From NCBI GenBank assembly GCA_030390025.1, contig CM059433.1:2604001-2668000 (forward strand): a stretch of DNA of 64,000 nt, given 5' to 3'. The position numbers and the translations under genes were made by a program. Every line of letters begins with the position of its first letter. Position 1 is the first letter of the stretch. The notes under the pieces were generated by a model that saw only the letters and a list, made by a program, of their open reading frames with translations, did no database searches and had not been told where the DNA came from. This DNA comes from Squalus acanthias (taxonomy: Eukaryota). Shown here piece after piece: positions 39,600-51,585 of this stretch.

Positions 39600-42412
39600 A
39601 AGCCTGAAGGCTTTGTGTCTTAATGCAAGGAGCATTCGGAACAAGGTGGATGAATTAGCTGCGCAAATAGAGGTAAATGAATACGATTTGATTGGGAATA
39701 CAGAAACATGGCTCCAGGGTGGCATAGGCTGGGAACTCAACATCCAGGGTTATTCAATATTTAGGAAAGATAGGCAAAAAAAGAAAGGGAGGTGGGGTAG
39801 CATTGCTGGTTAAAGAGGGGATTAACACAATTGAAAGGAAGGATATTAGCTCTGATGATGCGGAATCTGTATGGGTAGAACTGAGAAATAACAAGGGGCA
39901 GAAAACGTTAGTGGGAGTGGTATATAGACCTCCAAACAGTAATACGGAGGTTGGGGACGGCATTAAAAGGGAAATTAGAGAAGCATGCAGTAAGGGCACA
40001 GCAGTCATCATGAGTGACTTTAATTTACATATAGATTGGGCTAACCAAATTAGTAAAAATACTGTGGAGGAGGAATTCCTAGAATGTTTACGAGATGGTT
40101 TTCTGGAACAATATGTCGAGGAACCAACCAGAGATCAGGCCATCTTAGACTGGGTATTATGTAACGAGAAAGAATTAATTAGCAATCTTGTTGTACGAGG
40201 CCCCTTGGGTCAGAGTGATCATAATATGATAGAATTCTTCATTAGGATGGAGAGTGAAGTCGTTGAATCAGAGACTAGGGTCCTGAATTTAAATAAAGGA
40301 AACTACGATGGTATGAGGTGCGAATTGGGTAGGATTGATTGGGGAATGTCACTCAAGGGGTTGACGGTGGATAGGCAATGGCAAACATTCAAAGACTGCA
40401 TGTATGAACTACAGAATTTGTCCATCCCAGTGTGGCATAAGAATAAAACAAAAAGGGTGACTCAACCGTGGCTAACAAGGGAAATTAGGGATAGCATAAG
40501 ATCCAAGGAGAGGGCATATAAATTGGCCAGTAAAAGCGGTAGCCCTGAGGATTGGGAGCAGTTTAGGATTCAACAAAGGAGGACAAAGGGATTAATTAAG
40601 AAGGGGAAAATAGAATATGAAAGTAAGCTTTCTGGGAACATAAAAACTGACTGTAAGAGCTTTTATAGATATGTGAAGAGAAAAAGATTAGTGAAATCAA
40701 GTGTAGGTCCCTTGCAGTCAGAAGTAGGGGGAAGTTATAATGGGGAACAAAGAAATGGCAGACCAATTAAATGCATATTTTGGTTCTGTCTTCACAAAGG
40801 AGGACACAAATAACCTCCCAGAGATGATGGAGAACATATGGTCTGATGAAAGGGAGGAACTGAAAGAAATCAGTATTTGCAGGGAAATGGTGTGAGGGAA
40901 ATTGATGGTATTGAAGGCCGATAAATTCCCAGGGCCTGATAATCTACATCCTAGGGTACTTAAGGAAGTGGTCCTAGAAATAGTAGATGCATTGCTGATC
41001 ATCCTCCAACATTCGATGGAATCTGGAACTGTACCCATGGATTGGAGGGTAGCTAATGTTACCCCACTATTCAAAAATGGTGGTAGAGAGAAAGCGGGGA
41101 ATTACAGACCGGTAAGCCTGAGATCGGTAGTGGGGAAAATGCTATAGTCCATTATAAAGGATGTAATAGCTGAGCACTCGAAAAACAGTGACAGGATCGG
41201 ACAAAGTCAACATGGATTTACAAAAGGTAAATCGTGCTTGACTAATCTACTGGAATTTTTTGAGGATGTAACTGGGAAAATAGATAAGGGAGAACCAGTA
41301 GATGTGGTGTATTTGGACTTTCAAAAGGCTTTCGATAAGGTCCTGCATAAGAGATTAGCGTGTAAAGTTAAAGCACATGGGATTGGGGGCAAGGTATTGA
41401 CTTGGATAGAGAACTGGTTGGCGGACAGAAAGCAGAGATTAGGAATTAATGGGTCTTTTTCCGAGTGGCAAGCAGTGACTAGTGGGCTACCGCAGGGATC
41501 GGTCCTTGGACCCCAGCTATTCACAATATACATTAATGATCTAGATAAGGGAACTAAATGTAATATCACCAAGTTTGCAGATGACACAAATTGGGTGGGA
41601 GTGTGTGCTGCGAGGAGGATACCGAGAAATTCCAGGATGATTTGGACAGGTTGGGTGAGTGGGCAGAAGCGTGGCAGATGCAATATAACGTGGATAAGTG
41701 CGAGGTTATCCACTTTGGTGTCAAAAACAGAAAGGCAGACTATTATCTGAATGGCAATAGATTGGGAGAAGGGGAAGTGCAACGAGACCTGGGTGTCCTT
41801 GTGCACCAGTCGCTGAAAGTAAGCATGCAGGTGCAGCAGGCGGTGAAGAAGGCAAATGGTATGTTGGCCTTCATAGCGAAAGGGTTTGAGTACAGGAACA
41901 GGGATGTCCTGCTGCAGTTGTACAGGGCCTTGGTGAGACCACACCTTGAGTACTGTGTGCAGTTTTGGTCGCCTTATCTGAGGAAGGATGTTCTTGCCAT
42001 GGAAGGAGTTCAGCGAAGATTCACAAGGCTGATACCTGGGATGGCAGGAATGACATATGAGGAGCGATTGGGTCGATTGGGCTTATACTCGCTGGAGTAT
42101 AGAAGAATGAGAGGGGATCTCATCGAAACATATAAAATTCTGACAGGTCTGGACAAACTAGATGCAGGAAGAATGTTCCCGATGGTCGGAGAGTCCAGAA
42201 CCAGGGGTCATAATCTAAGGATAAGGGGTAAGCCATTTAGGACAGAAATTAGGAAGAATTTCTTCACCCAGAGAGTGGTGAACCTGTGGAATTCTCTACC
42301 ACAGAAGGTAGTTGAGGCCAAGTCATTAAATATATTCAAGAATGAGTTAGATATATTTCTTAAAGCTAAAGGTATCAAGGGATATGGGGAGAAGGCAGGT
42401 ACAGGGTACTGA
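39600..42412 (+). pseudogene. CR1 ORF2 (APE endonuclease and RT), fragmented
   Basis: NARSIRNK, ETW, SDH, PGPD, QGSVLGP and FADD motifs spread across five ORF pieces. Confidence 0.92.
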
Positions 42413-44366
42413 GTTTGGATGATCAGCCATGATCTCATCGAATGGCGGAGCAGGCTCGTGGGGCCGAATGGCCTACTCCTGCTCCTATCTTCTATGTTTC
42501 TATGCTTCTATGGACCATGACAACTGGATCCTCCCACTCCTACTCCAAGTTCTTCTCCAGCCATGAGGAGACATCCTTTACCCTGGCACCAGGCAGGCAA
42601 CACAGCCTTCAGAACTACCGGTTGCAGCTGCAGAGAACAGCATCTATCCCTCTGACTATACTGTCCCCTACAACAACTACATTCCTTTTCACTCTCCCCA
42701 CTTGAATGGCCTTCTGCATCATGGTGCCATGGTTAGCTTGCTCATCCATCCTGCAGTCCTTGTTCTCATCCCCACGGGTAGCAAGTATCTCACACCTGTT
42801 GGTCAAAGTCAAAGGCCGAGGCTCCTCCATCACTACATCCTGGGTCCCCATACCTTCCTGACTCGCTGTCACACCCTCCTGTCCCTGACCATTGCCGAAC
42901 TCTAAAGTACTACTTAACCTAAGGGGTGCAACTGCCTCCTGGAACAAAGTGTCCAGGTAACTCTCCCCCTCCCTGATGCCCCGCAATGTCTGCACCTCAG
43001 ACTCCAGCTCAACAACTCTGAGCCCAAGTTCCTCGAGCTGCAGACACTTCCTGCAGATGTGGTTGTTCAGAATCTCGCTGATCTCCACAAACTCCCACAT
43101 GCTGCAGTTACGGCACACCAGCTGCCCTGCCATGTCTATCTAACCTTTTTTATTTGATTAGTTAATTCATTATTTTTTTATCAATTATTTTAGTTTTTTT
43201 ACTTAATTGGTTTATCTAGTTTTAGTTACGAATTTAATAAAGTAAAGTTATAGCAATTTACAGTTTCTTAGCTAGCTTAGAGACTAAAAAAAACCCTGCA
43301 ATACTCACCAACCAATCACTTACCTGCTGTCCTATGATGTCACTCCTCAATTTATTTTTGCTCTCTCTCTCTCTCTCTCACTCTCCTCCGCTCTTTATTC
43401 CCCAGGCTCTGCTCCGTCCCCGACCAGGTCTGCTCTCTGTGAGGTTGGGCCTCACTCTCCTCCGCTCTTTATTCCCCGGGCTCCGCTCCATCCCCGACCG
43501 GGTCCGCTCTCGCTGCTGCTCCTTCCCATTCCTTTTCAAAAACCCAGCTCAACTCCTATTTGATTTTCGCTGACTTGGTCCTTCAAGACCTTCACTATTA
43601 CACCTCTTGGTCTTTCAGACTCTCCATCTTACTTCATCTCAGGCTAGAGTTACACGACGCTCTTTTCTAGGACAAAGTTTCTCTCGTCCTGGAAGGGAGA
43701 GGAGGGTCTCACACCTAAAGAGCTTTGTACACTCGGTAGTCTTTCAAGTTGTACTGCCATTTTTACACTGATGTGCACCAAAAATTACATCAAAAGTGAC
43801 TGAATAACTCACCAGCTGCTTGAGAAATGTGAACCTAATATAATTACTTGTGTGTTCATTGGCTGGTTTTATGTTATTAACACTAATGAATTTCTGTTTC
43901 ATAAACTCAATTGTAGAAAAATGGCCATCAGCCACCATTTTAATTGCTGGACATTAAAATTCAGAAAAAATATCAGAGGAATTCCCTGCATATTCTGATC
44001 TTTGTTAATCCCTATTACTAAACTTTACATACCTGATTAACCAGATTGGCCTCTGTTACCCTATAATCTGAACTCATTCAGCCAGAGTTTAGATTGTAGT
44101 TCCAACAACATTTCCTTAGATACTGTCCTCTTTTCTACTGCACATTTCAAAACCAATATTTTCTTCGAAATAACTTTTTCCATTCTCTTTATGTTATAGT
44201 GTCAGCTGTGGCTCAGTTGATAGCACTCTCTAGGTGGGAGGGGCTAGGAGTGAGCAGGTGCTGCTGGTTGCCTGATTACTGCAGGGAGTTGGAGTGAGCT
44301 TGTAAAAAGTTGGTGGTGTTTTTTTTTCAGGTTTTAGGGCCTTTTTGGTCCATAAACAGCAGCCGG

Positions 44367-46031
44367 ATGGCTGCTGAGGGGCCCGGAGTGCTGGGTTCCT
44401 CAGGACAGTGTTCCCAAGATGAATTTAATCAGGGGAGAAACTGTTGTTGGAAGGGAGAGAAAAAGGCCCAAAGATTTGGGCCGGGACTCCAGGAGGTTTG
44501 GAAAAGAACCATGGTGGTGGTTCAGTGCGAGGATAGGGAGATACGAGCTTGGGATATTATCCAGGCGGTACATGAGGACTGCGGCGAGGGAAGCTGCTTT
44601 GCCTGCCGACCAAAAAGGAATGTTGGGTTCAAGGTGATGGTCAGTGGCCGAGAGGAGGTGGAAAGACTTTTACTCAGTTTGAAGGTTGGTGATAAGTTCT
44701 TGGAGGTATCTCTGCTATATTCGGAAGAGGTGATGGTCTCATTCTTAAACTTGCCAGTTTATCTTGAGGACGATGTGCTAATCAAAAAGTTGGAGTCATG
44801 GGACTTTAAAATTTGTTCGCCAATAAAGAGGAGATACTATCCAGGAACACGGGTAGCAGATGGAACCCATTATGTAAAGGTGCAGTTCCCAGAGTGGGTG
44901 AAGTCATTACCGTACAGCATGAAATTTGAGACAATGGAAGGAGTGCAGTACTTCCGAGTACTGCATGATAACCAAGTGAAAGTTTGTTATTATTGTCTTG
45001 GACACGACCATCTTTTAAGAAACTGTCCGGACTTGTATTATAATTGCGGCGAGTCTGGACACATGGCTCGGAGCTGCAAGGCGGAGAGCTGTGGGGTGTG
45101 TCATAAAGGCCCCACCTGCTGTGAGTGTGAGGCAGAAGGAAGCTCTATGAGTGATGAGATGGGAGAAGGAGCAGGAGGTGTGAGTGGATTGGCCGGAGGA
45201 GCGGAGCAGGCGGAGGACACAGCTGGTGAATTGAAGGAGAAAAGAGCGCAAGGAGAGGCAGAAAATTGCGGAGCAGAGAACAGGATGGAGATGGTGGAAA
45301 ACACACCAAGTACGGTGGAAAAGGACAAAGACAGCAGAGGGCAGCACGGGTTGAGGGCAGAGTCACGCCATAATACGGTTCAGCTCTCCCTAAAGAATCT
45401 GATGTCCGCGGGGGGAGAGGAGGCGGGAGTGGGGTGCGTGGTAAAAGTAAGTACTCCAAAGAAAGACGGGGAGTCCGACATCTCGGTGAGCAGGAGGGGG
45501 CAAGACAAGGAGAGGGTGCAAGAGGCAGGAACCTTAAAGGGGCAGCAGGATGGGAGCGGTGAGACAAAAACGCCAGAAGGGAGCAATATTGGTGTGCCAT
45601 TGTCCCAGAGAGAGAAGGATCAGGGAGCAAGGGATGATGAGGCTGAAGAGAGCGGCACTGTTGGAGAAACCGCGATAGCAGGAAGACTCTCTATGGGAGA
45701 TGATGTATCTGAGGGGGAGCAGGATTATGTATCTGATGGGGAGCAGGAACAGAAGGTTACAGAAGAGCTCGAGAGTGAGGAATTAGAGGGGGACAGAGAC
45801 ATGGAAGTGGGGGGTGGGGTGGCATTGTGTGGAAAGGGAAAGGTTAGTGAGGGTCAGAAGGAGGGAGAAGGGGCAGCTCCTTGGCCCAAACTTAATGCAA
45901 GGAAGAGGCTGAAACAGCAGGGAAGGTTCAAACAGGAGGTGAAAAAGAGCCGGGAGCTGCAGGAAAAAGCAACCGCTGGCCGAAAAGTTGGGAAGGAGCA
46001 TGAGAGGAGGGAAGGACCAGAGATTAAATGA
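44367..46031 (+). CDS. Tx1 ORF1, gag-like protein with zinc knuckles (open, 554 aa from the first ATG)
   Basis: CYYCLGHDHLLRNC and YNCGESGHMARSC, SLPYS motif, acidic low-complexity C-terminus. Confidence 0.85.
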   Translation: MAAEGPGVLGSSGQCSQDEFNQGRNCCWKGEKKAQRFGPGLQEVWKRTMVVVQCEDREIRAWDIIQAVHEDCGEGSCFACRPKRNVGFKVMVSGREEVERLLLSLKVGDKFLEVSLLYSEEVMVSFLNLPVYLEDDVLIKKLESWDFKICSPIKRRYYPGTRVADGTHYVKVQFPEWVKSLPYSMKFETMEGVQYFRVLHDNQVKVCYYCLGHDHLLRNCPDLYYNCGESGHMARSCKAESCGVCHKGPTCCECEAEGSSMSDEMGEGAGGVSGLAGGAEQAEDTAGELKEKRAQGEAENCGAENRMEMVENTPSTVEKDKDSRGQHGLRAESRHNTVQLSLKNLMSAGGEEAGVGCVVKVSTPKKDGESDISVSRRGQDKERVQEAGTLKGQQDGSGETKTPEGSNIGVPLSQREKDQGARDDEAEESGTVGETAIAGRLSMGDDVSEGEQDYVSDGEQEQKVTEELESEELEGDRDMEVGGGVALCGKGKVSEGQKEGEGAAPWPKLNARKRLKQQGRFKQEVKKSRELQEKATAGRKVGKEHERREGPEIK

Positions 46032-49000
46032 TGGGGAGATTATCAGGCACACTTCCCTTATTCGGAGCCATGATTACATTGGTCTCGATTAATGTGAACG
46101 GACTGAGGGGTGAGAAGAAATTGCAGCAGTTGTTGCAGTGTTTTAAAGGCACTGACTTGCTGTGTCTGCAAGAAACCTTTTTGGATGAGGATATCCTAGA
46201 AAGAGTTCGGAAGGTTTGGAAGGGAGAGGTGTTTGCAAGTTGTGCAAACAATAACCGTAGAGGGGTGGCTGTTTTGGTGAGCCCGTCCATAAAAGAGAAC
46301 GTTGCCTTGGTGGACAAGGACACTGAGGGGAGATTTTTATGGCTAAAGGTAAAAATGGAGGAATTTAATTGCGATCTCTTTAGTATCTATGTACTGAACG
46401 ACCATTGCAAGCGTCGCGAGTTTTTTCGGGGGTTATTCACTGAAATGGCAGAGGTGGAAAACTCTTGTATAAGGGGGATTTTAATGTATTTTTATCTCAG
46501 ATGGACATTTCAGCCCAGATGACCTTTAAGGATGATAACTCCAGAGGGATGATTGTAAAAATGATAAATTTAAATTTGAGAGACTTATGGAGGGACCGGA
46601 ACCCCATAAAAAGGGAGTTCTCCAGAACAGGTTGGGTGGGTGATGTTTTAAAACAGAGCCGAATAGATTTTGTGTTAATGTGGGAAGGGTTAAGTTCTGA
46701 GGTGATGGAGATTTATTATAAAAAAGTATTTTTTAGTGACCACTTGGCTTTGACTCTTAGAATTAGGAACAGCAGAGTTAAGATCGGTTCAGGGGTGTGG
46801 ATTTTAAACAATCAATACCTGAAAGAAATTGCTTATAAAGAAGGGATTTTAACTATAATAAAGAATGCTCGGAAGGAACCTTTATTCTTGAAAGAAAGAA
46901 GAGTTTGGTGGGACAATTTCAAATATGAGGTAAAAGTTTTTTTGGTACATTATGGGAAAGAGAGAGCGGCAGCTAACCGGCGTTGAGAAGAGAATATAAA
47001 CAAAAGGTTTACGGATGTCTGTAAAGCAGTTGACGGAGGGGATAAGGGAGCTGAGACTAAGTTCCGGGTGTTAAAGGAAGAGTGGGAATTATTGCAAGCT
47101 GAAAAATGCAATGGGGCCATTCTCCGTGCAAAGGCTAAAGATGCATTGGAGGGCGAAAGATGCACTAGATATTTTCTAGTGCAAGAGAAACTGCGACAGA
47201 CATTATCATTAATTGAAGAGTTGAAGGTTGGGGAGAAGATCATTCATGAAAGTGGGGAGATTTTGGGGGCGGCTAGCAGCTTTTATCACGAGTTATATAC
47301 AAAAGAAGACATTTCCAATTTGACGATGGAGAAGGTTAGTGCTTTTATTGAAGAGGGTTTAAAGGAGGATGAGAGAAGCATGTGTGACAAGGAAGTAGGA
47401 TTAGCGGAAATAAAAGTAGCAATAAGTGGAATGAAGGGGTGAAAAAGCCTAGGGTCCGATGGACTAATTGCACAATTTTATGAAGAATTTTTTGAGATTT
47501 TAAGTCCATTGCTGTTCGAGGTTTTTAAGGAGATTAAAATTAAGGGAAGCCTGGCCCCATCTATGAGGAGAGGTGTCATAAGCTTAGTTTATAAAAATAA
47601 AGGGGATAGAAGGGATCTGAAGAATTGGAGGCCCATCACATTATTAAATGTGGATTATAAGATCTTGGCGAGGGTTATGGCAAATCGTATGAAGGAGGTG
47701 ATGCCACAGATAGTTTTGCCCTCTCAGTCCTATGGAGTCATAGGCCGGGACATCGCAGACTCTGTGGTCTCAATCCGAGATGCGACAGAGCTCATGGAAG
47801 AGAGTGGGAGGGAGGCTTATGTGTTAAAGATAGATCAAGAGAAAGCCTTTGATAGGGTCTCATGAGTTTTTACTGAAGGTTTTGGAAGCATTTGGTTTCG
47901 GGGAAAATTTCATTGAGTGGATAAGGATTTTTTATTCAAACATATTTAGCTGCGTTAAATGTAATGGCTTTTTACCCAAGTATTTTCCGATGCAGAGGTC
48001 TGTGAGACAGGGTTGTCCCCTGTCCCCATTGTTGTACACATTGGTAGCAGAACCATTAGATTACATGATGCGAAAGAAACAAGGTATAGTTGGGATTGCG
48101 GTTCCCAGTTCCGGGCTGGTGTCGGTGATGCACAATATGCAGATGGCACAACCTTAACATTGAGAAATGGGGAGTCAGTGAGGAAAACTATGGACGTAGT
48201 GGAGGAATATTGTAGAGCTTCAGGAGCCAGAGTGAATTATAGTAAGTCCCAATGCCTGGTTGCAGGAAGGGGTAGGGGGGAATGGTTGGAGGAAAGTCCC
48301 TTTAAGGTGGTGGAAGTTCTGGGGTTGCATATGGGGTGCAAGAAAGACAGGGATGAAGTGGATCGATTCAATTGGGAACCAAAGGTTATGAAAATTAAAA
48401 AGATTTTGGGAAGATGGGAAAGAAGATGGTTGAAAGTGCAAGGAAGAGCGACAGTGGTGTCCGCTCTCCTGCTATCTAAGCTATGGTACTTATTGACGGT
48501 GGAGGATATTCCTGAGTGGGCAGAAAAGTCCATCCGAGAGGCTTGTGTGAGGTTTTTATGGGAAGGGAAACCAGCCTTGGTTGCTTACAATACCATCATT
48601 GGACGGAGAAATCAGGGAGGACTCAATTTCCCAGATATTGATTTGAGGAAAAAATCCTTTAGAATCAAGTGGGTGAAGAGATTTCTTCAGAAGTCAAATA
48701 CAAGTTTTTGGAAGAGTTGTTTTGAGCATTTTTTTAAATGACGTGGGATAGGAGGGCAGGGGATATTGTATATGGAATACAATAATATGTTTTTGAAATC
48801 GATTAAACCTCTCCCTAGGTTTTATTAGGGGGTTGTAGAGACTTGGGTCCAGTTTTTAAAAAGTGTGCAGTTTATGCCCAAGAGTGCTGAGGAATTTTTA
48901 GAAAAGCCCTTATTTTTGAACAGGTGGGTCAACATTGAAGGAGAGGTATTATTTAATCAAGCTTTTATGAAAGCTGATATTATATGTGTGAATGATGTAT

Positions 49001-49908
49001 TATACGAGCTAATTCCAGGTTGGTTGCCGGAAGCGATAGTGAGGGACATGGTATGGGAGGAGGATCAGGAGGTAGAGGAAAAAGCAATAGGGATCATGCA
49101 TGAGAAGATTGTGAGGGCAATGCCACAGGATTGGATGGAAGAAATAAATGTGGAAATCTCCAAAGGGAGTAAAATGCATCCCGCTTTTCCAAGCTTTCTG
49201 CTGGAGAAAGGGGGAGAGTTGGTCCAATTTGACAACTGTAATACTCGAGATTTCTATGAGGTATTTAAAGAATGGAGATTCAAGACACCTGCTGGTCAGG
49301 AGTTTTGGCAGTGTATATACCCACAGCTGGACTTCAACAGGATTTGGAAGGGAGTGTGGGCGAATTTTAAATGTCCAGAGTGGATTGAACTGGATTTCAA
49401 ATTGGCTCATAACCGGATTTTTACCATGATGGTCTTGTGCAAGATTGGGCGAGTGGAGGGGGCAGCTTGCCCAGTGTGTGGGACACGGGATGAGAGTCTG
49501 TCCCATTTACTGGTGTTATGTCTGCAGTTAAATGATTTTAAGTACAATGTTCGACAGTTGTGTGAGGTTATTTTGCTGGGTGGGGACCGAAGAGCGAGAA
49601 TGGGAATCCCGTGGGACTCAATTTTGAGATGGGGATTGCAGGAGAGTCTGCCCGAGTCTAGCGGAGCGGCAATTAATTTAATGTTCAGTTTGGCTAGATT
49701 CGTGATTGTGCAAAGAAGGAATGCTCTGGTATTTAAGGGGAGGAGAATCAATCTAAAAGAGTATTTTAAATATAAGCTAAAAGATCATTATAAGGCTCTG
49801 TGGATGTTTTATTCAGAAAGGAATTTAAAGATAGTATTTTATGATCAATTTTTAAAGTACAATCGATTAATATATGTTACGGGAGACAAATTAAACTTCA
49901 GGTTTTGA
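46028..49908 (+). pseudogene. Tx1 ORF2 (APE, RT, zinc finger), disrupted
   Basis: INVNGLR, LQET, GDFN, SRIDF, SDH, KNWRPITLLNVDYKILA, DQEKAFDRV, RQGCPLSP, YAD, CPVC..ESLSHLLVLC. Multiple stops and frameshifts. Confidence 0.92.
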
Positions 49909-51585
49909 TGTTAATATGTGGTGGAGGAATGGTTGTGTAGAACGGCGGAATGGATTTGAATGATTCAATGGAATGATCAGGATGTTGTAAATGTTCTTAA
50001 TGTTCAATAAATTATATATTAAAAAAAAAAGTGGGTAGCACACTCGCCTCTGAGTCAGAAGGTTGTGGGTTCAAGTCCCACTCCAGGGACTTGAGTACAT
50101 AAAGCTTACTGACACTCCAGTGCTGTGCTGAGGGAGCGCCGCACTGTCGGAGGTGCCGTCTTTCAGATGAGACGTTAAACCGAGGCCCCGTCTGCGCTCT
50201 CAGGTGGATGTAAAGGATTCCATGGCACTATTTCGAAGAAGAGCAGGGGAATTATCCCCGGTGTCCTGGCCAATATTTATCCTTCAATCAACATAACAAA
50301 AACAGATTATCTGGTCATTATCACATTGCTGTTTGTGGGAGCTTGCTGTGCGCAAATTGGCTGCCGCGTTTCATACATTACAACAGTGACTGCACTTCAA
50401 AAGTACTTCATTGGCTGTAAAGCGCTTTGAGACGTCCGGTGGTCATGAAAGGCGCTATAGAAATGCAAGTCTTTCTTTTTTTTCTTTAAAACTAAAATTT
50501 TTTGTGATACAGCCCTTTTTTGGATATCAACGTGATCACTTCAATTCTGCTGATTTGGACCCTAAAAATCCATAACGCTTTTGGTGCATCTGGGGCACGA
50601 TCTGGGTGGTTGGGGGTGGAATGTGGGGCATGATCCAGATATGCCATGTCTGCCACCCCTTTTTTAGCACTGACGGTTCCGTGGGAAGTGGGGATGGTTG
50701 CTTCTTGAGTAGTGGTGGCAGGATGACATTGTTGGCCCAGATTACCACCAATTACACCTCAGTTAACCCCTCAGTGTATGCCGGAATAAACCAGGTATAC
50801 ATGCTGGCTAGAACTTCCTCCTGGCAAAAGCGGTGCCCAACAAGAATTTAAATGGCTGTTTCCCTTGCGGCAGCTGATTGTGTAGCATTCGGTGCACAAA
50901 GGGTAAAGGGTCTATTTAGAAAGCAGCTATTTATTTAATTTTTTAAAACATCTTTGTCCAACTTATTTGGCTCTTTATTACTGCAACATGGCACTAGAAG
51001 CATTTTCCTATACTTTAAGCCAATTATGAAAATATTGCCAGCATTAATTTTGTTATTCACTTCTATAAAAATGATTGAAAATCTGAAATCTTTTCACCCA
51101 TTTTGGCATGTGATATTCTGTACTTTGTGATGTTAGTTGGTAAAAGCCTGTTCCATTGTTCACTAATGTCACTCACTGACAATTATTGCCCACTAATTAG
51201 TAGGTAATAGTAAAAACTATTCCTCACAAATCCCAGCTGTTCAATCAATCACGCTTAGATTTGTCGACAAGGGGTATTAATTTTCACCACTGACTGCTAA
51301 TTACTATCAGTGTACAATAGCCTTCAATGAATGATGACAGTACCAGAAAGAACAAAGATCTTTAGCCATTGAGATCATACAGCCTGACCAAAATGGGTGA
51401 ACATGTTTTCCGTTATTTACTTAAATTGAATTCAAAACCAATGATTTCAGTCTATAATTAGTAGACTTTTGTCCCTTGGATCACAAACATTACTTAGAAA
51501 ATAAAATAACGCCTACATCCTTTGGCTTCAGTTATTGCTACAAATTCTTAGGGAGTGAAATTCTTATCCCCGCCACAAACTCCGA

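Larger units (their letters stand above)
38072..42509 (+). mobile_element. Full-length CR1 LINE (5' UTR, ORF1, ORF2, tail), inactivated
   Basis: ATGG duplicated at 38068-38071 and 42510-42513. Complete domain order, with several frameshifts and stops in ORF2. Confidence 0.95.
37720..43545 (-). mobile_element. CR1 5' UTR and ORF1 only (43545-42510 plus 38071-37720), split by a full-length CR1
   Basis: ORF1 N-terminus 42615-43133 (CxxC..CxxC, GDS motif) and C-terminus HVGTNDIG..DGLHL at 37732-38071 (SGNH esterase-like). Confidence 0.88.
44231..50030 (+). mobile_element. Near full-length Tx1-clade non-LTR retrotransposon
   Basis: ORF1 with CCHC knuckles; ORF2 with APE, RT and C-terminal zinc finger. 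AATAAA at 50006 followed by A10. Imperfect 15-bp TSD. Confidence 0.92.
44199..50487 (+). mobile_element. DeuSINE (SacSINE1-like) split by Tx1: head 44199-44230, remainder 50031-50487
   Basis: GTGTCAGCTGTGGCTCAGT A-box head on the left. B-box GGTTCAAGTCC, Deu-like core and L2-type tail on the right. Confidence 0.88.

Noticed and set aside
38072..42509. Active autonomous CR1
   Set aside because: The ORF1 frameshift and multiple ORF2 stops and frameshifts rule this out, unless they are assembly errors.
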